64,000 bases of DNA from an uncultured virus (IMG/VR IMGVR_UViG_3300017783_000009). Lineage: Duplodnaviria > Heunggongvirae > Uroviricota > Caudoviricetes. This document shows positions 48,692-55,862 of the stretch, in pieces (within the stretch, counting starts at the first letter, position 1; the number at the start of each line of letters is the position of its first letter). Position numbers and translations under genes: made by a program. The DNA lies in the IMG/VR virus record IMGVR_UViG_3300017783_000009. One strand, 5' to 3'. Below the pieces are notes generated by a model. That model was not told the DNA's origin. It worked only from the letters and a program-made list of their open reading frames with translations, and ran no database searches.

Positions 48692-48912
48692 TAGCTACCA
48701 GTCAGCCTGAACAAATTCCTGATATATTAAAGAAATACACAGACCAACACAAAAAATTAGAAGAAAATTATCTCGACATCGTGATAAACAGTGATGGCGC
48801 ATTCAGTTATCAGGATATTATTCAGATGCCTTTGCCAAGTATTGTTTTACTGGTAGAAAGGCTTAACAAACGTGCAGAAAGAATGAGCGGTAACGCTAAA
48901 CAGATGTTATAA
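48682..48912 (+). CDS. 76-codon -1 frame extension of the gp26-like gene (position and size similar to gp51)
   Basis: Open frame RRLIATSQPEQIPDIL...FSYQDIIQMP...KQML with no ATG/RBS at its start; begins at a slippery sequence. Confidence 0.7.
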   Translation, partial: RRLIATSQPEQIPDILKKYTDQHKKLEENYLDIVINSDGAFSYQDIIQMPLPSIVLLVERLNKRAERMSGNAKQML

Positions 48913-49336
48913 GTTTATAATAGTCTATTGGCCAACTATCATAGTATTTTGTTGTGTGTAGATACTTGCGTTTCTCTGTCAAATCATCTCTCAATTGAAT
49001 AAAAACACAATTTGTAAAGTTCTTTGCAAAATGTCCGCTGGTTGTTGTACTGGTAAAATACAACAAATCATTGTGTTTTTGCATCTGTTGTTCAATTATA
49101 GTTTCAACCTCAGACATGTTACATCCATCAACCCAAGCAATTCCTATCTCATAGATTTCCTTGTCAAATGTTTCATATGATTGTGTAAGATTATCTCTAG
49201 CATCAATAAATTGAATTTTATTTTGTAATCGTGCTTTCCTTGCAAAAGGACAAATGGGAAATCCATCCAACTTCTTAGCTTCAATTTCATTTTCTGTCCA
49301 CTCTAGAAATTTGTTCTGGAATTCTTGGAAGTTCAT
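48896..49336 (-). CDS. Hypothetical protein (CPFA motif, possibly DUF1415-like)
   Basis: WTENEIE...PICPFARKA; late promoter 49467-49474. Confidence 0.65.
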   Translation of the reverse strand: MNFQEFQNKFLEWTENEIEAKKLDGFPICPFARKARLQNKIQFIDARDNLTQSYETFDKEIYEIGIAWVDGCNMSEVETIIEQQMQKHNDLLYFTSTTTSGHFAKNFTNCVFIQLRDDLTEKRKYLHTTKYYDSWPIDYYKLITSV

Positions 49337-49489
49337 ATATGTCTCTGTTTTCTTGATGTCTACGACATCATCATCTTCATAAAGCTATCGCTTTATTCGA
49401 TGTTTTTTGCTATCGCTTGTAATACTTAAAGAATAGTTATTACTAAAGAAATGATTTCTATATTGATATTTATCGAGGTAACTTGGTAT

Positions 49490-49834
49490 GATGTTTCAGT
49501 CACACTTAGCCAACTAACGGCTAGGTGAAACTGAAAGTCTTGGATTAGACGTCCCTCTACACATACTATAGCAAACCTAATTTTACACTTAGGAGAGGCG
49601 GTTACGCTGTACCTCTATTACATGCTGCTCTTAAGCAACGCAGGACCACCCATTGCCATAGTATGCGACTTTGGGCTACCTGTGAGTTCCAATTTTCCAG
49701 GAGAGCTCACTCTTTTTGGTTTGTCAAACCAGTGCTTTGACATTGTGGCAACACCAGGATCTGATCACACAGATGTGTAATCTCAAGGTGAGTCGAGCAA
49801 TCCCGACCAAACTGAGCCTTCAGCCTGTATTAGC
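49490..49834 (-). ncRNA. Candidate ~345-nt highly structured non-coding RNA with two predicted pseudoknots, family not recognised
   Basis: About 10 contiguous helices plus a 14-bp long-range pairing; imperfect pairs are G-U on the minus strand; no ORF in the track. Confidence 0.8.
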
Positions 49835-50386
49835 CTAAACTATATGATTTGTATTTGAGCCATTAATTGACAAATTCTTAATTTGTCTAGTATTAGATTC
49901 TTGTGCCTGGAAGTCTTGCCAAAAAGTTATTGTCCATGAGCCATAATTTTTACTTGTATAATATATATAGCGTTCAGATTTAAATTTGTCAACCAAATCT
50001 TTTGGAAAAGCTATATAAATGCCTTTTCTATTAAATTTCATAAACAGTAGATCTAAATCGTTGTCGTCATGTGCATCTAATGTTTGTTCTAGCCATTGTT
50101 CTAGTAGTGGTATTGGTTTTTCTTGTAATAATTGATGAAATGGAAAGTCTGCATAATTTTTACATTCGCAGTTAAAATATTTCCAGTCATCTGGAGGGAT
50201 TACATCACCCTTAAATGCCTTGATTTGATTTTCTGTAAGTGTACTCTTACGTGCAGCATTTATGCCGCCAACAAATGCGCCACTATACGGCACACGTTCA
50301 AAATTGTCTTGGTAGATCTCGCTTAAAATGTTACAGACTTCTCTTTCAAAGCCTTTACCCTTGTTTTTACTTTTTGATCCACTCAT
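49835..50386 (-). CDS. Hjc-like PD-(D/E)XK nuclease, probable Holliday junction resolvase
   Basis: KGKGFEREV...SGA...GDVI...ECKNY; downstream of gp46/gp47. Confidence 0.82.
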   Translation of the reverse strand: MSGSKSKNKGKGFEREVCNILSEIYQDNFERVPYSGAFVGGINAARKSTLTENQIKAFKGDVIPPDDWKYFNCECKNYADFPFHQLLQEKPIPLLEQWLEQTLDAHDDNDLDLLFMKFNRKGIYIAFPKDLVDKFKSERYIYYTSKNYGSWTITFWQDFQAQESNTRQIKNLSINGSNTNHIV

Positions 50387-50591
50387 CTATTTTTTTCTTC
50401 ATTTTGTAGATTATGTCTTTTCCTAACATGCCTTCTTCTATTGTGTATACAGCATGTTTTATATGAGAACCTTCTGGCTCTAAATCTAGCTCTAAGTTCT
50501 TTATTTTTTGGGCAGGAAGTCTTAGTGTTTTTCCTGTATCCGGATCAATTAAAATTAAGTCACCGTCTTCTAACCCTTCATATTTAGGCAT
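50367..50591 (-). CDS. Small hypothetical protein (MPKYEG...)
   Basis: Overlaps both neighbours and fills the gap in the operon. Confidence 0.6.
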   Translation of the reverse strand: MPKYEGLEDGDLILIDPDTGKTLRLPAQKIKNLELDLEPEGSHIKHAVYTIEEGMLGKDIIYKMKKKIDEWIKK

Positions 50592-52356
50592 CAACAATTT
50601 CTACTTCTGTATTAAATGTAGTAAATCCATTTTCTTTAGTAACTTGTAAAACATTATTCACACGACCAACTAACTCATCTCTGTGAGATATAAGTAGAAT
50701 ATTTTTATTACGGTCTCGTTCCATTTTCTTCAAAATACTAAGTGCGCTTTCTACACCTATTGTGTCCATTCCACTATCAACTAGTTCATCAATGCAAACT
50801 AAATTAATAGGATGGTTCATACTTTCAAACACATCACGGAAGCTCCAACTAAGTCCTAAAATAAGTCTATTACGTTCGCCTCTACTTAAATTATCAAAAT
50901 CTAAATCTTGACCAAGTTGTGTAATAGTTACTGTAAGATCACTTTGGAATTGCACCTCATGTGGTAAACCTAGTCTTGTAATATAGTATTCAAGACGTGT
51001 GTTTAAGAATTGTAAGTTTTGTTCAATAATTTTTTTACGTATAAAACTATCTTTGTTTGTTAATAGTTTTAGTAAAAAATCCTGATGTTCTTTCAGTTCC
51101 GTAAGTCTATTTACCTCCGACCATTCTACCTCTTGAAGTCCTGTCTCTTTTAGTGCTTCAATTTGTTCTGTATATGGATCAGTTTCTTCTTCTGTGTTAT
51201 CTATGTTTGTACGCAATGTACTTAGTTTGCTCTGATGCTCGTATACTTCTTGTAATGTATTGTATTCCATACGTGGTGCATCACTAAGTTCACCTAGCTC
51301 AGCTAGTGCGCTTTTATAATCTTCTATTTTAGCAGTATCTTCGTCAATGTGTGATTGACTTTCATTTACTGCTTCTGTTTTTGTTGCTACAACATGAGTA
51401 TGTTTTTCATCATGTAGCTCTTGTCCACAAGCATAACATTTATGGCCAAGTGTTGTATCTAGATCTTTTTGTGCTTTGTTAAGACGTTTTTGTTCTCTAT
51501 CAATAGCACTAGTTAGTCTAGCTATTTCTGCATTTAAAGTATCTAATTGATTTTTTTTACTAGTAAAATCTTCAAAGTCTGCATGAGCTTTAATTTCTAC
51601 ATCAATATCTATATGTTCTAATGCAAGTAATTCGCTTTTTAGTTGTTTTCTTTTATCTTCTTTATTTGTCCCCCACACACGCTGTCTACGTTGTAGATCA
51701 GATATGCTTTTATTAATTCTCTCATTTGCTTCTTCTACTGCACTTATTCTAAATGTTTCTTGTTGTATTTTATCTTTTGTATTTTTTGCAAGTTCTTTTA
51801 AAATATCTGCTTTTTCACTAAGTTGTGTTATACCTAGTAGTTGTTCAATAAGTTCTCGCTGATCGTTTGCTCGCATACTTAAAAATGGTTCTGTATATGT
51901 GTTCAATGCACATATATGCTTGAACATAGTATGACTCATACCTAGTGTGCGTTCTATAACAGTTTGCGTTTGACGCCCTTCACCCTGTGACTCATCTGTG
52001 CCATCTGTTGTATCTGCATCATTAACAATAAACCTAAAAATATTTGGCTTGCGACCACGTTCAATACGATATTGTTGACCATCTTTTTCAAAGTCAACAG
52101 TAACTATCATTTGCTTATTATTTGTTTTATTAACAAGATTATCTTTTTTAATGTTGTATAATGCATTACCATAAAGTGCATAACTCAATGCGTTTACAAT
52201 TGTTGTCTTACCTGTACCGTTACGTGAACCATCACCGCCCAAGTCTATGTTGTTACCCAACACAAGTGTTAATCCTGTATGGTCAAATGTTACAGCCTGT
52301 GTAACATTGCCTACACTCATAAAATTTTTTACTGTGATATTTTTAATAATTAACAT
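50584..52356 (-). CDS. gp46: Rad50/SbcC-like recombination ATPase (gp46); start refined to MLIIKN
   Basis: KNFMSVGN, NGTGKTT, CYAC zinc hook, LSRGE signature, CIDE, ISH. Confidence 0.95.
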   Translation of the reverse strand: MLIIKNITVKNFMSVGNVTQAVTFDHTGLTLVLGNNIDLGGDGSRNGTGKTTIVNALSYALYGNALYNIKKDNLVNKTNNKQMIVTVDFEKDGQQYRIERGRKPNIFRFIVNDADTTDGTDESQGEGRQTQTVIERTLGMSHTMFKHICALNTYTEPFLSMRANDQRELIEQLLGITQLSEKADILKELAKNTKDKIQQETFRISAVEEANERINKSISDLQRRQRVWGTNKEDKRKQLKSELLALEHIDIDVEIKAHADFEDFTSKKNQLDTLNAEIARLTSAIDREQKRLNKAQKDLDTTLGHKCYACGQELHDEKHTHVVATKTEAVNESQSHIDEDTAKIEDYKSALAELGELSDAPRMEYNTLQEVYEHQSKLSTLRTNIDNTEEETDPYTEQIEALKETGLQEVEWSEVNRLTELKEHQDFLLKLLTNKDSFIRKKIIEQNLQFLNTRLEYYITRLGLPHEVQFQSDLTVTITQLGQDLDFDNLSRGERNRLILGLSWSFRDVFESMNHPINLVCIDELVDSGMDTIGVESALSILKKMERDRNKNILLISHRDELVGRVNNVLQVTKENGFTTFNTEVEIVDA

Positions 52357-52363
52357 ACTATTA

Positions 52364-53383
52364 CTATAACGCAAGTCCACGGTATATGTCAACTAGCATT
52401 TCTTTTTTAATTGTTTCACTTTGTATACTATCTAATTGACTCATAACAATACTATCAACGTTTTCTACTTGAATATCAACACCCTTGTTCCAATCTTGTG
52501 TATGTTCTTCTTTTTTACTAGGCATTAATGCAATCTCACGTAAATTAAATTGCTGAGCAAAAGTCTCTTTGATAAAATTAGCCTCTTCGTATGTGATACC
52601 TACATCAAGTGTTACACGACAGTATGTTTTTTCTCCCAAGTATTTTATAGGATTGTCAATTAGTCTACTTAAACTAATTGTTCTATATTTTGGTGCGTTT
52701 GGCCATGGAACAAATTCCATTGTTCCATCCCAATCAAGAAACATACAACCACGTTCGTCATCCCATGCATCAGCATAGTTATGTGCAAATGCATTACCTG
52801 TGTAAATTACATTGCCCTTTTCTTGTCTTTTGTGAAAATGTCCAGTAAACACTTTCTCTGGTTTACTTAAATCTTTTGCTGTTAAGCCTCCGTGATCTGG
52901 CATTTGAACAAGTGCGTTCATGTAAAATGTAGGGAGTTCAAAATGACCAAACATATATTTGCAGTTTACTTCTTTTAATTTCTTCCACTCATCATCTACT
53001 AGCCACGGAACTAGTGCAACATTATCATCTATATACATTTCGTCATTGACAATGTTGATTTTTGAAAACTGTTGTGTCATAGGAATACTATGAATTTCAC
53101 GTTTTTCTCTATAGTAAAGATCGTGATTTCCTGTAAGCATGTGAATTTCATCAAATGCATCATTTAATCTTTCAAGGTTACTCACTGTATAATTTAGTGT
53201 ACTAACATTAATGCTGGCTCTATTATGATGCCAGTCACCCATAAAGATACATTTTTTAATGCCACGCTTATGTGCCTCGTCGATCATCCAAATTAGATAA
53301 TCTTCACAATCTTGATTGTGCAATCTACTGTTATTCTTCATGCCGAAGTGGATATCAGTAAAAATTACTGCCTTATCAAACAA
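52364..53383 (-). CDS. gp47: Mre11/SbcD-like nuclease (gp47)
   Basis: TDIHFG, GDWHH, GNHD, FGHFE and GHFH metallophosphoesterase motifs. Confidence 0.95.
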   Translation of the reverse strand: MFDKAVIFTDIHFGMKNNSRLHNQDCEDYLIWMIDEAHKRGIKKCIFMGDWHHNRASINVSTLNYTVSNLERLNDAFDEIHMLTGNHDLYYREKREIHSIPMTQQFSKINIVNDEMYIDDNVALVPWLVDDEWKKLKEVNCKYMFGHFELPTFYMNALVQMPDHGGLTAKDLSKPEKVFTGHFHKRQEKGNVIYTGNAFAHNYADAWDDERGCMFLDWDGTMEFVPWPNAPKYRTISLSRLIDNPIKYLGEKTYCRVTLDVGITYEEANFIKETFAQQFNLREIALMPSKKEEHTQDWNKGVDIQVENVDSIVMSQLDSIQSETIKKEMLVDIYRGLAL

Positions 53384-53386
53384 AAC

Positions 53387-54268
53387 TTATTCTCCAGATT
53401 TTTGTGCTGCTTTTTCTTGCTTTTCTTGCTCTTTTTTGAGATCTTCTTGGATAGTTTCCCATTCAGCATTAAAGATACGTGTCATTGAAGGATTTAATCC
53501 ACCTTCTTCTAACAAATCATCTCGTATATTTTGACTACGTTTTTCTAAATTTAGAACTCTTGTAAAGGAGTTATTAATAGCCGCTGTGTAATAAGCAAAA
53601 GGATTCTCACTTTTTGCTTCATTAAACTGTAATCCAATTTGTGATAGTTGTAACAGTGCCTGTCCACGCATCTCATCTACATAAGTGTATCCACGCCAGT
53701 TTGCTCTCATACTGTAACGCTCGCATAACTTAATATAAGCACGAGCAAGTGCAGGAGTTGTGATTCCATGTTCTACACTAAAGTATCCATTATCTTTTCC
53801 GCCTGCCCAATGACTACGAGCAACCTCTTCCCACTTACCACTTATTTTTGCATAATGTTTAAAAGGAGGAAAGTTACACTTTGAATGATAATCTGCAACT
53901 GTCTTTGGTTTGTTTTTTCTTTGCTCTTCGGGTATATGTTCAAATGTCATAACACGAACTACTAAATCTTCATCAGCTATATCATCAATATTTACTGCAA
54001 AATCTGCACCACGTGGTTTTGTTTTCTTACCTGTTAGACCTTGTTCCCAACGTCTAACTTCAGCTTCGTGTGCAATTTTTTGTAATCTTTTTGCTCTATT
54101 TTGTTTGGCTGTAAAAATACTATCTTCGTTTATATCATCAAATGAACTAATAATTAAATCATAATGTTTAAAATCGTCATCACGTGTCCAACAATAAGTC
54201 ATTTTGCTATTGTGGATTTCACGCAACAAGTCTTTGTTTGTTAAGTAATGTTGCCTCGTTTTGGTCAT
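53387..54268 (-). CDS. gp55: Late-transcription sigma factor (gp55-like) with a long insertion
   Basis: HYLTNKDL, NWRGYTYVDEM, FNEAKSENPFAYYT...NSF; upstream of gp47/gp46 as in T4-like phages. Confidence 0.85.
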   Translation of the reverse strand: MTKTRQHYLTNKDLLREIHNSKMTYCWTRDDDFKHYDLIISSFDDINEDSIFTAKQNRAKRLQKIAHEAEVRRWEQGLTGKKTKPRGADFAVNIDDIADEDLVVRVMTFEHIPEEQRKNKPKTVADYHSKCNFPPFKHYAKISGKWEEVARSHWAGGKDNGYFSVEHGITTPALARAYIKLCERYSMRANWRGYTYVDEMRGQALLQLSQIGLQFNEAKSENPFAYYTAAINNSFTRVLNLEKRSQNIRDDLLEEGGLNPSMTRIFNAEWETIQEDLKKEQEKQEKAAQKSGE

Positions 54269-54291
54269 TATTATACTCTCCTATGTGTAAC

Positions 54292-54320
54292 ATTATATGG
54301 AATAACTTATTGTAAGTCAA
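54292..54320 (-). promoter_or_regulatory. Sigma70-type promoter of the gp55-gp47-gp46 operon
   Basis: TTGACT-N17-TATAAT; back to back with late promoter CATAAATA 54336-54343 (+). Confidence 0.88.
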
Positions 54321-54360
54321 CCGGTTTTTTAATTGCATAAATACTAGTGGAGAAAATGCT

Positions 54361-54972
54361 ATGCTATTAAGAGAATTAACAGAATTAATGGAAGATGCTA
54401 GTGGATACGTAGTATTCTACGGTGGCAGGTTCCAACCAATGCACAAAGGACACAGTGATGTATACAAACATCTAGTAGAAAAGTTTGGCAGAGACAATGT
54501 ATATATTGCTACTACGTTTAGTCAAAAAGCTGTAAAAGCACATTCATCGGGTGACTACAGTAACGATCCTTTTACATTTGAAGAAAAAAGAGATATTATG
54601 AGCAGAATGTTTAGCATACCTGCAGATAAGATTGTTAACAGCAATCCGTATAGAAGTGAACCAAGTGTAGTAGGCAAAGATAACAACACAACATCCACTA
54701 TATTAGTCTATGGTGCAAAAGATCCTATGCGACTGTCAGGTGACAAAGTTAAACCAGTTCCACAAAACATGGAAGGTATGACTCCACACAGCGAAGGAAT
54801 TGTTTTTGCATACGAAGCACCTCTTATGCAAGGTGGTATGAGTGCAAGCAATTTTCGAACAACGCTAGCAAGTAATGCTAGCGAAGAAGAAAAGAAAAAA
54901 TCATTTCAACAGTTTTTTGGAAAGTTTGACCAAAGTGTTTTTGAATTTATTGTAGGTAGACTAACATCATGA
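54361..54972 (+). CDS. HxGH-family nucleotidyltransferase (cytidylyltransferase-like)
   Basis: GGRFQPMHKGH, DPFTFEEK, MSASNFR. Confidence 0.82.
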   Translation: MLLRELTELMEDASGYVVFYGGRFQPMHKGHSDVYKHLVEKFGRDNVYIATTFSQKAVKAHSSGDYSNDPFTFEEKRDIMSRMFSIPADKIVNSNPYRSEPSVVGKDNNTTSTILVYGAKDPMRLSGDKVKPVPQNMEGMTPHSEGIVFAYEAPLMQGGMSASNFRTTLASNASEEEKKKSFQQFFGKFDQSVFEFIVGRLTS

Positions 54973-55583
54973 GCGGCGGTATAGGTGACAATCAAAAAGT
55001 AAGATTACAAGTAAAAAGTCAAGGTGGATTAACATTTGATGGATTGCTATCACCTCTTAGAAATGATAGAGGAGTAATATTTCCATATACTCCAACTATT
55101 GGGATTGGTCATAGTGCAAACTATGGTAGCTATGAAACAACTCACAGTATATACCAACCAAACTATTATGTTAACACACCTAACCCAACAATTGGAATTA
55201 CAGCAACATTTACTGCCAACGAAATGAGCGAAGCAAGATACACAGCAGCGGCACTACACTTTTTTAAAACACTTACCAAATCAGACTTTGGTGAAAATGC
55301 TGTAAATCCAGGTAGTCCTCCTAAGACACTTATTTTTAATGCATATGGACATTTACATGCAAACAATGTTCCTGTTATTTTAACAAGTGTCAACTACAAT
55401 TTAGTTGAAGATATTGATTATGTCGAAGTTGACTTTAATGGAGCAAAAACAAGTATACCAACAAGTTTACTTGTTACCTTGGATTTAAGAATTCAAATGC
55501 CTCCTAGATATACTAAACAAAAATTTAATCTTAGAAACTATGCAAACGGTAGTGCATTAAAACGTGGGGATGGATTTATCTAA
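54969..55583 (+). CDS. Baseplate tube-initiator/cap protein (gp48/gp54-like)
   Basis: FPYTPTI, GSPP...FNAYG, NVPVILTS tube-fold pattern; precedes the gp53-like gene. Confidence 0.65.
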   Translation: MSGGIGDNQKVRLQVKSQGGLTFDGLLSPLRNDRGVIFPYTPTIGIGHSANYGSYETTHSIYQPNYYVNTPNPTIGITATFTANEMSEARYTAAALHFFKTLTKSDFGENAVNPGSPPKTLIFNAYGHLHANNVPVILTSVNYNLVEDIDYVEVDFNGAKTSIPTSLLVTLDLRIQMPPRYTKQKFNLRNYANGSALKRGDGFI

Positions 55584-55861
55584 TGACAGAATATAGATCA
55601 GACAGTATGTATAGAAATACAAAAATAATTGGAAACAGGTTTCTCGATGTTTATAAATCACCTGTTCCTAATGATATAGAAATAGATGAGATGGTGCTAG
55701 AAGCCAAGTATAATCAACGACCAGATAAGTTAGCATTTGACCTTTATGGAAATGCAAAACTATGGTGGGTATTTGCTGAAATTAACCAAGATAAACTTGT
55801 TGACCCAATCATAGATTTTAAAAGCGGAATTACAATAAAATATCCTATAAGGTTCTCGTAA
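55583..55861 (+). CDS. Baseplate wedge LysM-like protein (gp53-like)
   Basis: RPDKLAFDLYGNAKLWWV...N motif. Confidence 0.85.
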   Translation: MTEYRSDSMYRNTKIIGNRFLDVYKSPVPNDIEIDEMVLEAKYNQRPDKLAFDLYGNAKLWWVFAEINQDKLVDPIIDFKSGITIKYPIRFS

Positions 55862-55862
55862 A

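Noticed and set aside
49490..49834. Group I/II intron, tRNA or tmRNA identity for the large structured element
   Set aside because: No P7 R/S elements, domain V, T-loop/CCA end or tag reading frame recognised; it does not interrupt a gene
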